From a bacterium (GTDB lineage: Bacteria; Patescibacteriota; Gracilibacteria; Peribacterales; Peribacteraceae): a stretch of DNA of 64,000 nucleotides. The translations under genes were made by a program, and so were the position numbers. Positions 55,089 through 64,000 of the stretch are shown here, piece after piece. The notes below the pieces were generated by a model. The model saw only the letters and a program-made list of their open reading frames with translations. It had not been told where the DNA came from and searched no databases. Positions within the stretch are counted from its first letter, which is position 1; every line of letters starts with the position of its first letter. Where the stretch lies: contig JAQCIJ010000001.1 of NCBI GenBank assembly GCA_027592135.1, positions 34,156 through 98,155 of the forward strand, written 5' to 3'.

Positions 55089-56401
55089 GCAATATCCTTT
55101 TTCTCTGTACCGGTTATATCTTTCATCACTTGATGCGCAGATGGTGCAGAGAGCTCTTCTGTTACACGAACATCAGGAAGTTTCCATAAAAATGGCATAG
55201 GCAAGAAGCTACTAAGAATGGCTACCCACAGTACTTTATCTAAGCCCGCATAGTTTGCAGCGGTATCACCAATAGCTTGATGGACATCAAAGTAGTTAAG
55301 CAGCCAAGCACCTCCAAGATCAGACACAGCAAGCCCAATGTTCATAATAGAAGCGAGAACCGCGAACATCGTCGCTTCAATACCCTTAGGACAGAGTCTT
55401 GCTGTAAGTACCATCAGAGGAATAAAGGCAATCTCTGTAAGCGGTGCGGAGATAAAGGTATCTGCCAGTGCAAAGAATCGAGGGCTCATACCAAGATACT
55501 CATACCATCCATACACAAGTCCTATCGTCGGCATGCTTAAAATCACCGATGCAATAATGATCCAGAAGAAGAGTGTGCGAAGAGAAATACTGAGAAGGAA
55601 CTTACGAAAGAAGAGAATACCTACAATACTCATGGCATGGGAAATCATACTAAGGCGTCCGAAGAATTCTGCATCGAAACCAAGTTCATCGATCATATAA
55701 TACGAAAGACCTCCACCACTGCTAGGAGTTGCTCGCCAGATAAAGACAAAGACAATTGCCCAGAGGAGATCTCTGGTAAATGCGTGTTTAAATTTGGTCC
55801 ATGTTTCCTTTAGAGAAAATACGGCAAAATCTGTTTTGTCTTCGGTAATTATAATGGCAAGAGCGCTGGTAAATAGCGGAAGTGTACCAGTAATAAAGAA
55901 TACATTCCGTGGACCAATACTGTCTACAAGAATACCAGAGAGATACGCTACAGATAGGGCTCCAACCATTATTGATGCTCTGCAAATACTCTGCAGTTTC
56001 CCCGCTACTTTTTGGTCTCTACTGCGCTCTGCAACTATGCCATCGACAATAACATCTGCAAGAGCAAATCCCATAGCAGAGATCAGTAATGCAATCATTA
56101 CTTGGTGGTACGAATGTACCCACGTGGCCATAGAAAAATATCCAAATGCACCCATCAACCCAGATAAAAAGAGGTACGGTTTTCTGCGGAAACCCCAGAT
56201 AGGCTGTCTATCAGATAAGAATCCATACACCGGTTTAATACTCCACGGAATAATTGCTATAGATCCGAGTATTGCAACCTGGGCAGGTGTCAGCTGCAAA
56301 TCATCTTTGTAATAAAATGTCGTTGCGACAGAGGCAATACCAGTTGCTCCAGCTATAAAATAGACGAAGGGTATGAGTATTCTTGAATAATCTCTTTTCA
56401 T
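55085..56401 (-). CDS. MFS transporter of the folate-biopterin transporter (BT1) family
   Basis: 12 TM helices. GFLSDRQPIWGFRRKPYL is the characteristic BT1 loop motif. Confidence 0.7.
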   Translation of the reverse strand: MKRDYSRILIPFVYFIAGATGIASVATTFYYKDDLQLTPAQVAILGSIAIIPWSIKPVYGFLSDRQPIWGFRRKPYLFLSGLMGAFGYFSMATWVHSYHQVMIALLISAMGFALADVIVDGIVAERSRDQKVAGKLQSICRASIMVGALSVAYLSGILVDSIGPRNVFFITGTLPLFTSALAIIITEDKTDFAVFSLKETWTKFKHAFTRDLLWAIVFVFIWRATPSSGGGLSYYMIDELGFDAEFFGRLSMISHAMSIVGILFFRKFLLSISLRTLFFWIIIASVILSMPTIGLVYGWYEYLGMSPRFFALADTFISAPLTEIAFIPLMVLTARLCPKGIEATMFAVLASIMNIGLAVSDLGGAWLLNYFDVHQAIGDTAANYAGLDKVLWVAILSSFLPMPFLWKLPDVRVTEELSAPSAHQVMKDITGTEKKDIA

Positions 56402-56410
56402 ACGATGATA

Positions 56411-57745
56411 CTACCCTTTTCGTACCTGTTCTATCAAATCGGATCGAAGATCAATAACTGCCTGTGTGCCAATATCAGACCGAAATCGAACAGGGCCAGT
56501 AACCTTCTCACAGAGATTCTGCGCTATAGACTCTGCTTCGGCGATTGTATCTCCTATTCCTACGATTCCTGCTGTCCGAGAGCCACCGAGGAGCAGTGCG
56601 CCGCTTTCTGATTCCGAGACATCACCAAGATAAATGCGAGCATTACTACCTGTGTCTGGAAGAGAAAACTCTTCTCCTTTGTTGTCTTTGCTCTCGGGGT
56701 AACTCTCCGGTGTGATGTATTTACAGACGGTTGCCTTATTGGCAAATGAAACCATGTCATCGGTAAGCTCTTCGTGAATAATACCTTGGCAAATATCCAC
56801 AAAATCAGATTCGAGAAGCGGTAAAATATTGAGAGCCTCTGGGTCTCCAAATCGAGCATTGTATTCGATAAGCTGAATTCCCTTCTTTGTTGCAATAAAT
56901 CCGCCATATAAAATTCCTTGAAATGGCTCTCTACATTCTTCAAGGAGAGCAGCTGCTGTAAGTGTATTAAGCTCAGATGCAGCTTGAAGATCTTCTGCAC
57001 TAAGAAAGGGTAGGGAGTGGTTGGCATCAGAGTATGTTCCCATTCCACCAGTATTCGGTCCTGTGTCTCCTTCGTAAGCTCTCTTGTGATCTTGCACTGC
57101 AGGCATATCGATGACCTGAGTACCTGATACAAAACTTAAGAGACTAAACTCAACTCCTATGAGCTTTTCTTCTACCACTACCGTTCCACATTCTTCTATA
57201 CATTCAATAGCATAGGCCACTCCTTCATCTATCGAGTGCAGGTGTTCTCCACTAACTTTTACGCCTTTTCCTCCTTTGAGTGCATCGTATTTAACGACGA
57301 AGTTGCCTTCAAGCTCTTCCAAAAAGGATTGGATTGAAGATTGAAGATTGAAGGTTGAAGATTCAAAGACCCTAAAAATCGGAGATGCATCAATCCCATG
57401 CTTCTGAAGCAACTCTCTTGCAAATCCTTTACTAGATTCTATGCGAGCGAGAGATTTCTTTGGCGCGATGGACGTAATACCTATTTCTTCTAAGGCATCA
57501 ACAAGCCCTGCTCCGATGGGATCATCGGGTGCAACAAATGCAAAGTCTGGTTGTACTCTTTTTGCAATTTCCAAGACAGCATCAAAATCCATAAGATCAA
57601 CAATAAACTGATCTGAAGATAGGTGCGCAATTCCTGGGTTACGAGCTGGGACAAGAGAGATGATCTCTGGCTTCTGAGGACTTCGAGCAAGTGCATCAGC
57701 AATTGCATGACCACGAGCCGCAAGAGATGTAAGAAGGACCTTCAT
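56411..57745 (-). CDS. purD: Phosphoribosylamine--glycine ligase
   Basis: 444 aa, ATP-grasp layout, GDTGPNTGGMGTYS and EYNARFGDPE motifs. Confidence 0.93.
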   Translation of the reverse strand: MKVLLTSLAARGHAIADALARSPQKPEIISLVPARNPGIAHLSSDQFIVDLMDFDAVLEIAKRVQPDFAFVAPDDPIGAGLVDALEEIGITSIAPKKSLARIESSKGFARELLQKHGIDASPIFRVFESSTFNLQSSIQSFLEELEGNFVVKYDALKGGKGVKVSGEHLHSIDEGVAYAIECIEECGTVVVEEKLIGVEFSLLSFVSGTQVIDMPAVQDHKRAYEGDTGPNTGGMGTYSDANHSLPFLSAEDLQAASELNTLTAAALLEECREPFQGILYGGFIATKKGIQLIEYNARFGDPEALNILPLLESDFVDICQGIIHEELTDDMVSFANKATVCKYITPESYPESKDNKGEEFSLPDTGSNARIYLGDVSESESGALLLGGSRTAGIVGIGDTIAEAESIAQNLCEKVTGPVRFRSDIGTQAVIDLRSDLIEQVRKG

Positions 57746-57746
57746 T

Positions 57747-59252
57747 TTAGACGAGGCTCATAGTTTTGCTTCCATCGCCATCATCATCATCATCTTTTTC
57801 TCCTATATTACGAGAAGTATTTCGACTGTTTCCCAATTCCTTTAAAAGCTTCGGTGTAATTTCTTGTGTAGGATATTTCTTAGTAAAACATCCTTCAGAG
57901 AACCCCTTGATATTCTTATTTCCGTATAGAATTGCTTTATGTAAATCTTCAATCTTGCTGTAGAAGAGTCCATCTGCACCGATGAATTTACAAACCTCTT
58001 CAATACTTTTCTTATGAGCAATTAGTTCTGATTCTGTAGGTAAATCGATCCCGTACGGGTCTGGTCCGATAATTGGTGGAGATGCAGAAGCGAAATACAC
58101 TTTCTTTGCACCTGCTTCTCGTACGAGCTCTACAATCTTTTTACTGGTGTTGCCTCGGACAATAGAGTCATCGACTAACAGTACATTCTTTCCTTTAAAT
58201 TCCAATTTTATAGGGTGCAGTTTAAACTTTAGACTACGTTTACGTATTTTCTGTCCTGGCATGATAAATGTTCTGCCTATATATCTATTTTTTACAAAAC
58301 CCTCTCGATACCTCGCCTTTACCTTGTCAGCAAGCCCCGTAGCAGATGCTCTTCCAGTATCCGGAATAGGAATAACAGAATCGATTTTTATTCCAGCTGC
58401 ATTAATCTGATCAGCAAGATACTCACCCATACGTACACGAGCTTTGTAAACGTTTACTCCATCAATGGTAGAATCGGGAGCGGCTAAGTAAACCCACTCA
58501 AATATACAAGGTGTAAGTTCTCCTTTACATACAACGCGACTGTGCAACTTGTTCTTTCTATCGATATAAATAACTTCTCCAGGTTTTACGTCGCGAACAA
58601 ACTCAAACTCTAGGCCATAAAAAGCACTACTTTCGGAGGCAAGTATATATTCCTCTTTCATGCCATATTTTCTTTTTCCAAGAACAAGAGGACGTATACC
58701 ATGTGGGTCTCTAAAACCAACTATTCCATGTCCTCCGATTAGCGCTACTGCAGAGTATGCACCTTTGCATTTTTTAAACACGGTTTTCATCGCTGCAAAA
58801 ACATGTTCTTCTGTAAGCTTCTTTGGTTTTTGATTCCCCAAAGCTACTGCAAAAATATTGAGGAGTATTTCTGAGTCAGCTGTAGTATTTAAATGTCTGT
58901 AGTATTTTTCGAGAAGTTCTTTTCCAAGTTCTTTATAGTTTGTAAGGTTCCCATTGTGAGCAAGTGCAATTCCAAATGGGCTGTTTACGAAAAACGGTTG
59001 CGCTTCAAATTCTGAGCTACATCCTGCAGTAGGGTAACGCACGTGACCAATACCCATAGGGCCTTTTAGTCGCGAAAGAGATTTAGCATGAAATACGTCG
59101 CTCACCATTCCTTTTGCCTTTTTCAGGTGGAACTGATTGTTATAGGTCATGATTCCCGCTGCATCTTGTCCTCTATGTTGCAAGAGCATGAGGCCATCAT
59201 AGAGATCTTGAATCACATCTTGATAACCGGAGATCGCTAAAATTCCACACAT
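57747..59252 (-). CDS. purF: Amidophosphoribosyltransferase
   Basis: MCGI N-terminal nucleophile, a glutamine amidotransferase class II domain and a PRTase motif (VLLVDDSIVRGNT). Confidence 0.95.
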   Translation of the reverse strand: MCGILAISGYQDVIQDLYDGLMLLQHRGQDAAGIMTYNNQFHLKKAKGMVSDVFHAKSLSRLKGPMGIGHVRYPTAGCSSEFEAQPFFVNSPFGIALAHNGNLTNYKELGKELLEKYYRHLNTTADSEILLNIFAVALGNQKPKKLTEEHVFAAMKTVFKKCKGAYSAVALIGGHGIVGFRDPHGIRPLVLGKRKYGMKEEYILASESSAFYGLEFEFVRDVKPGEVIYIDRKNKLHSRVVCKGELTPCIFEWVYLAAPDSTIDGVNVYKARVRMGEYLADQINAAGIKIDSVIPIPDTGRASATGLADKVKARYREGFVKNRYIGRTFIMPGQKIRKRSLKFKLHPIKLEFKGKNVLLVDDSIVRGNTSKKIVELVREAGAKKVYFASASPPIIGPDPYGIDLPTESELIAHKKSIEEVCKFIGADGLFYSKIEDLHKAILYGNKNIKGFSEGCFTKKYPTQEITPKLLKELGNSRNTSRNIGEKDDDDDGDGSKTMSLV

Positions 59253-59264
59253 ACGTTATGCGAG

Positions 59265-59285
59265 AGGATAGTGGATAGAGGATAA
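59265..59285 (+). repeat. Three tandem GGATAG-family heptamers (AGGATAG TGGATAG AGGATAA)
   Basis: Lies 12 nt upstream of the purF start on the minus strand, where it reads TTATCCT CTATCCA CTATCCT. Confidence 0.85.
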
Positions 59286-59415
59286 TTAAAAAAGAAGGCT
59301 CGACGGACATTGGTCTGGGGAGCGATAGAATTTGATGAAAGTCCAATCTCCATAAAGATATACTACGGAGATTTTAACGAAATGCAAGAAGAAAAATCAT
59401 TACCCTCTATCCACT

Positions 59416-60267
59416 TCATCGTATCGCCATTTGCCGCTCCTTCGCAGTTACGCAGTTTCTAATAAGACTAGCAACCGTCATAGGACCAACACCACCTGGT
59501 ACTGGAGAGATAGCAGAAACAATAGATTCAAGGCCTACAAAGTCTGTATCACCACACAGTCCATCGTCTGTTTGATGGATACCAACGTCTACGACGACTG
59601 CTCCTTGTTTTACCATTGCAGCGGTAATCATTTTCGGTTTACCTACAGCGGCAATAACGATGTCTGCTTGTTTGATTTGTGCGGCAAGGTCTGTTGTTTT
59701 GCTATGGCAAATTGTCACAGTGGCATTGCGATTGAGCAGCATGATAGCAACAGGTTTACCGACAGTGTTACTACGCCCTACAACAACCGCATGCTTCCCG
59801 GCAATCTCAATATCAAAATGTTCCAAGAGTCTGATAATTCCAGACGGCGTTGCGGGTGGCAGATGTTCGAAGTCTTTGCTAAGAAAAACTTTTCCTAGGT
59901 TATACGCACCAAATCCATCGATGTCTTTCATGGGATCTATGGCTTTAATAATCTGAGGTTCATATTCTTTTAGATGAGCAGGGAGTGGTAGCTGAACAAA
60001 AAATCCTGTGACATCTTCGTCATTATTTAACCCATCGATTACCTCCATAAGTTCGCCGATAGAAATATTCTCATCAAGATGCCTATGCTCGTTTCGCATG
60101 CCTACTTTTTCACAGCTCTTCACCTTTTGTTTTATGTAACTTTCACTTGCAGGATCGTTGCCCACTTGGACAACAACAAGCTTTGGGTCAAGTGTCTCTA
60201 CGAGAGGCTTAAGAAACTCTAGCAGGGCATTACTTGCAATTTTGCCGTCGAGAATGAGAGGTGACAT
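59416..60267 (-). CDS. folD: Bifunctional methylenetetrahydrofolate dehydrogenase/cyclohydrolase
   Basis: LVVVQVGNDPASESYIKQK, VVVGRSNTVGKP and SPVPGGVGPMT motifs. Confidence 0.93.
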   Translation of the reverse strand: MSPLILDGKIASNALLEFLKPLVETLDPKLVVVQVGNDPASESYIKQKVKSCEKVGMRNEHRHLDENISIGELMEVIDGLNNDEDVTGFFVQLPLPAHLKEYEPQIIKAIDPMKDIDGFGAYNLGKVFLSKDFEHLPPATPSGIIRLLEHFDIEIAGKHAVVVGRSNTVGKPVAIMLLNRNATVTICHSKTTDLAAQIKQADIVIAAVGKPKMITAAMVKQGAVVVDVGIHQTDDGLCGDTDFVGLESIVSAISPVPGGVGPMTVASLIRNCVTAKERQMAIR

Positions 60268-60276
60268 GGTTCTAGT

Positions 60277-60897
60277 TTAGCCTACTTGTACTTCAGATTC
60301 CTGTGAAATTTGCCCAAAGTGTTCCTGATACTGCCTCCAGACAAAATGAGCTGTCTCTTGCTTACTTCCTGATGTATCGACAAAGACGACCGATGGATCT
60401 TCAATACTTTTGTAGTTTTCGTATACTCTGCGTTGAAAGTTCTCCATCTCAAACTGATCTTGAGTCTTTCTACTATTGATGCGTTCCATACAGATATCAA
60501 AAGGAGGAAGCGTTATAAATGTAAGATCAGGCTTGGGAAATTTTGCGTTGATAGATTCAAGCCACTGCTTATCTATACCCTGAGCTGCTCCATACACAAT
60601 AGTGGAAAGTGAAAATCTATCGCAGACGACAATCTGACCTTTTCGTAGGGCGGGTTCGATCACAGTGCTGACGTGGTTTGCCCTATCTGCGCAGAAAAGG
60701 AGCTGCATAGAATCGGGAGTTGGCATCGTATCTTGCTGCAGCATTTTACGAATATCTTGACCAACTTTGGATTCTGTGGGCTCTGCAGTCATCAGGACAC
60801 TCTTGCCACTTTTACGCAAGGAGTCGACTAAAAATGCTGTTTGGCGGGTAGTTCCAGATCCATCTGGGCCCTCGAAGACAATGAATTTTGCAGTCAT
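60277..60897 (-). CDS. tmk: Thymidylate kinase
   Basis: FIVFEGPDGSGTT P-loop, DRF motif, 206 aa. Confidence 0.9.
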   Translation of the reverse strand: MTAKFIVFEGPDGSGTTRQTAFLVDSLRKSGKSVLMTAEPTESKVGQDIRKMLQQDTMPTPDSMQLLFCADRANHVSTVIEPALRKGQIVVCDRFSLSTIVYGAAQGIDKQWLESINAKFPKPDLTFITLPPFDICMERINSRKTQDQFEMENFQRRVYENYKSIEDPSVVFVDTSGSKQETAHFVWRQYQEHFGQISQESEVQVG

Positions 60898-61010
60898 AGT
60901 TGATGAATTGTAGTGTTTTTTACGTTTCTCGTAAAGAAAAGGTTTTCAAACCACTCAAACCTACCAAACAGCGTGGTTTTCTGCTATAATCAGACGATAA
61001 CCGTAATTCT

Positions 61011-61433
61011 ATGGGCCCACTCGATTTAATTCGGCATCCGCTGATATTCACCGGCATTACCCTACCAGAGTTCATTCGTTGGTACTTTTGGGAGCAACCC
61101 AGCCGAATCTTAAGGGTCTACTTTGCATACCTTCGAGCATTTATCGAAATATTCTCATTTATCTTTTTAGTACGCACTCTTATTTCTCCGTGGAGGCAGA
61201 TCACCGATCCGTATCAAAAAAGAGGGTTTAACCTTGGTCAATTCTCGCAGACACTTACATTAAATATTGTCAGCAGGACCATTGGATTGATATTTCGATC
61301 GATCACTCTCTTCTTTGGTCTCGGTGCTGTTGTACTTTTAACAGTGTGTTGCGCTGCGTTCTACATGGCGTGGCTTTTATTTCCGATTGTTTTTTGGGTT
61401 GGTCTTACGTATGTCTTCAGCGCTGCGTTCTAA
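61011..61433 (+). CDS. Small integral membrane protein (hypothetical)
   Basis: 140 aa with three to four hydrophobic helices. Its stop is 3 nt before the following AAA+ gene. Confidence 0.55.
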   Translation: MGPLDLIRHPLIFTGITLPEFIRWYFWEQPSRILRVYFAYLRAFIEIFSFIFLVRTLISPWRQITDPYQKRGFNLGQFSQTLTLNIVSRTIGLIFRSITLFFGLGAVVLLTVCCAAFYMAWLLFPIVFWVGLTYVFSAAF

Positions 61434-61436
61434 ATT

Positions 61437-63851
61437 ATGCAAGTTCAATTTGATCCAACGGCCACCCGAGCATTTTCTGCTCGAGTATTACGACGCTTTA
61501 TAGAAGGGCCGATTGCAATACTTATTGTAGTGCTCGTTACAGCTATATTGTTATTTGAAGATTATAGAGAGCACACCCTCAATCATTTTGTTATAGGTAT
61601 CACTCTTTTGGTATTTGCAAATATAGTTATCCAAAACTTTATTGTAGATATGCTAGAGAATGATAATCGTAAAGCACTCTCAAAGAAGAATTCTGCATGC
61701 CTTCTAACGTTCCATGTCTTACGAAGGTTGCCAAACAATGCAGATACCTCCTATCAACTCCTTGATGCTGTTACAAAAACCAAAAGAGGAAAGTTTATAC
61801 TTAATGAAATGGGTCTAGAGCGCGATGTGCTACTAAAGATTGCAAAGTTAGAATGTGAGCACGAGAAGATCGTACCATTCCTCATCGAGGCTGCTGCAAA
61901 TATGGAGCGCTTTGGTGTCCGAAAGATGGATGCAGACGTTGTGCTCTTTACTTTCTTTCAGCGCAAAGGTGCTTTGGAGCAACTACTTAATTCACTAGAT
62001 ATCTCGATTGCAGATATGGAGATGATTATTAAGTGGGAAGATTACCATGCTGCTGTCTGGCATACAGATAAAGCATGGAGTCCAGCGGGCTTAACAAAAA
62101 CCTTTGGTGGCATGGGGCGAAAGTGGGTTACAGGGTTTAATGATGTTCTTGATAGTATTACCGAAGATATCAGTCAGAATATTTTATATCGCGGTCAACA
62201 TAAAGTCACAATTCATTTAGATAAGCTGAAAGATGCGATGCATATTCTCTCTCGTTCGAGCCAGCATAACGTTATTATCACAGGAGATGATGGTGCTGGT
62301 AAGCAGTCATTTGTGGAGAATATTGCCTACCAACTACGGTTGCAAGAAAGTAAAAAAGGATACGCCTATACACGAGTACTTCGCTTAAAAGCACAGGATC
62401 TCCTCTCTGGAGCACACGACCCAGATACTGTCCTTCTTCAGGCGCTTAAGCGTGCAAACAAGCAGGGGCACTTTATTCTGGTGCTTGATAACATTGGACT
62501 ATTCTTACAATCTGGCGACCCTAAGGTCACCGGAGTGCTGAGTAAGTTCTTGCAGACAAAAAATATCAATGTTATTGGAATCGCAGACACCAAGGACTAT
62601 CACAAATACATCAAAACCAATCCAGCTCTCGAGACACAATTTGAAGTAATCTCTTTGGAGCCTACAGTCTTTGCCGACACGATGAGTGTTCTTATGGAAG
62701 AGTACTTTAGTATCGAGGATCGCCAGCATACTCACGTAACATACAAGGCACTCAAGAGCATTATCGATCTTGCAGACCGCTATGTACATAAGGGCGCATT
62801 CCCTGGTAAGGCTATAGATCTTCTCTATGATGCTGTTGCAAATGCAAAAGAAGCAAAGGCTGATTACGTCACAGAGGATAACGTTCGAGAGATGATCTCT
62901 CTAAGAGCTCATATGGATATCACAGGCACTGATGAGAAACAAAAAGAAGTTCTTCTAAACCTCGAGGCCAAGATGGCCAAAGAAGTTATCGGTCAGCGCG
63001 ATGCACTTACATCAATTTCCAATGCGCTTAAACGTGCCAGTGCAGATATCACCAATCGCAAGAAGCCTATTGGAACGTTCTTGTTCTTAGGTCCTACGGG
63101 TGTCGGTAAAACACAGACAGCAAAGACACTCGCCAAGAATTACTTTGGATCTACAGAGCAAATGATTCGAATGGATATGAACGAGTACGGAAACGAGGAT
63201 AGTGTTAGTATGGTGATAGGTTCTACGGATCCTCGATACCCATCCGAAGGGTTCCTCACCCGCGCTGTACAGGACAAACCGTTCTCTTTGATTTTGCTTG
63301 ATGAGATCGAAAAGGCAGACAAAAAGGTACTCAACTTGTTTCTGCAGATTTTAGACGAGGGACACTTGATTGATGGACAAGGAGTAAAAACAGATTTCCG
63401 TAATGCGATTATCATTGCGACGTCCAACGCAGGCGCTCAGTTTATTGTGGACTTCTTAAAGAACACCGTTACTCCAGACCCAGATCAATTTAAGAAAGAA
63501 CTTCTCGATGAACTGATAAAGTCTGGAAGCTACTCACCAGAATTCCTCAACCGATTCGATGATATTATTTTGTATCAACCTCTGACAAAAGAAGAGACGA
63601 TCCAGGTTGCTTCTCTTATGATAGGTTCCATCATTAAAGAGATGGAGGAAGGGAAGGGGATTGCGATTCAGATCGACGATGATGCTATTACTGCCATTGC
63701 TGCCAAGGGGCATTCTGTAGAGTTTGGAGCAAGAGAAATGAAACGTGCTATAACAGATACACTCGAAACATACGTCGCAAATACCATGTTAAATAACGAC
63801 GTGCAGCGAGGTACAGTTTTGAGGATTACCAAGGCTGATTTAAAACTCTAG
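61437..63851 (+). CDS. Clp/Hsp100-family AAA+ ATPase with N-terminal TM helices and a degenerate first nucleotide-binding domain
   Basis: D2 is canonical (FLGPTGVGKTQTAK, LILLDEIEKA, sensor RFDDIILYQPL). D1 has GDDGAGKQ and VLDNIG in place of GxxGxGKT and DE. The N-terminus has two hydrophobic helices. Confidence 0.8.
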   Translation: MQVQFDPTATRAFSARVLRRFIEGPIAILIVVLVTAILLFEDYREHTLNHFVIGITLLVFANIVIQNFIVDMLENDNRKALSKKNSACLLTFHVLRRLPNNADTSYQLLDAVTKTKRGKFILNEMGLERDVLLKIAKLECEHEKIVPFLIEAAANMERFGVRKMDADVVLFTFFQRKGALEQLLNSLDISIADMEMIIKWEDYHAAVWHTDKAWSPAGLTKTFGGMGRKWVTGFNDVLDSITEDISQNILYRGQHKVTIHLDKLKDAMHILSRSSQHNVIITGDDGAGKQSFVENIAYQLRLQESKKGYAYTRVLRLKAQDLLSGAHDPDTVLLQALKRANKQGHFILVLDNIGLFLQSGDPKVTGVLSKFLQTKNINVIGIADTKDYHKYIKTNPALETQFEVISLEPTVFADTMSVLMEEYFSIEDRQHTHVTYKALKSIIDLADRYVHKGAFPGKAIDLLYDAVANAKEAKADYVTEDNVREMISLRAHMDITGTDEKQKEVLLNLEAKMAKEVIGQRDALTSISNALKRASADITNRKKPIGTFLFLGPTGVGKTQTAKTLAKNYFGSTEQMIRMDMNEYGNEDSVSMVIGSTDPRYPSEGFLTRAVQDKPFSLILLDEIEKADKKVLNLFLQILDEGHLIDGQGVKTDFRNAIIIATSNAGAQFIVDFLKNTVTPDPDQFKKELLDELIKSGSYSPEFLNRFDDIILYQPLTKEETIQVASLMIGSIIKEMEEGKGIAIQIDDDAITAIAAKGHSVEFGAREMKRAITDTLETYVANTMLNNDVQRGTVLRITKADLKL

Positions 63852-64000
63852 TGGTTTTACATGAAATATCCCCATCATACCGTTACTGAGGTGCTCTGCG
63901 ATATGGCAGTGGAACATCCACTCTCCAGGGTTGGTGATATCAAATAGTAGATCTACCGTATGACCAATAGGAACAAGTACGGTGTCTTTCCACACCATGT
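63840..64000 (-). CDS. C-terminal fragment of a multicopper oxidase (3' end only; the rest lies outside the window)
   Basis: The reverse-strand translation MVWKDTVLVPIGHTVDLLFDITNPGEWMFHCHIAEHLSNGMMGIFHVKPLEF* contains the HCHxxxHxxxGM copper-binding motif. It overlaps the convergent AAA+ gene by 12 nt. Confidence 0.75.
   Translation of the reverse strand, partial: MVWKDTVLVPIGHTVDLLFDITNPGEWMFHCHIAEHLSNGMMGIFHVKPLEF

Noticed and set aside
59253-59415. Possible purine/ZTP/PRPP riboswitch in the 163-nt leader upstream of purF
   Set aside because: I read the minus-strand leader and found only a short hairpin (AATCTCC...GGAGATT) and the heptamer array. I saw no match to the purine, ZTP (pfl) or ykkC-type conserved cores. 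A cmscan would be needed for certainty.
63840-63851. 12-nt convergent overlap between the AAA+ gene and the multicopper oxidase gene as a regulatory feature
   Set aside because: Short convergent 3' overlaps are common in compact genomes, and nothing else supports a function.
1-64000. Alternative genetic code (UGA recoding, as in some CPR lineages)
   Set aside because: Conserved genes (leuS, carB, ftsK, rpoD and others) are full length and uninterrupted under the standard bacterial code.

Overview
This is a gene-dense, moderately AT-rich bacterial chromosomal segment. Long ORFs are uninterrupted under the standard code, so code 11 applies. Gene content and style suggest a small-genome CPR/Patescibacteria-like organism, but that is inference only: many lineage-specific hypotheticals, an orphan KAS III, a lone carB, SLH, sortase and cohesin/dockerin surface proteins, and few Shine-Dalgarno-like sequences. 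Most of the window is housekeeping: ybaB, mltG, der, leuS, an RsmB-like methyltransferase, dnaG-rpoD, a UvrD-type helicase-nuclease, rdgB, ftsK, a MacAB-like efflux operon, a DEAD-box helicase, holA, greA, carB, mnmA, prfA, purD-purF, folD, tmk and a Clp/Hsp100-like ATPase. Two canonical tRNAs are present: tRNA-Tyr(GTA) at 29301-29385 (+) and tRNA-Leu(TAA) at 50357-50444 (-). The most unusual locus is 28199-28445, a visibly GC-rich tRNA-Tyr-like gene. Its 5' 58 nt are identical to the intact tRNA-Tyr 1.1 kb downstream. It is interrupted by two related 43-nt hairpin insertions and a third insertion of about 50 nt. Removing all three conceptually restores an 82-nt cloverleaf with a perfect acceptor stem but an aberrant T arm. 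Other notable items: a cell-surface cluster (SLH/Cys-rich protein, cupredoxin-like protein, cohesin-FN3 protein, membrane-anchored mini-dockerin) with xPETG/GETG C-terminal sorting signals and a sortase elsewhere in the window; a 151-bp MITE-like element with 13-bp TIRs and an 8-bp target duplication; a dispersed tandem heptamer (NTATCCN/GGATAG) at gene boundaries and once inside a CDS; -10-like boxes 6-9 nt upstream of many start codons, suggesting leaderless mRNAs; and a primary sigma factor with a C-terminal zinc ribbon. I recognised no CRISPR array, integrase, transposase, rRNA or known defence system.
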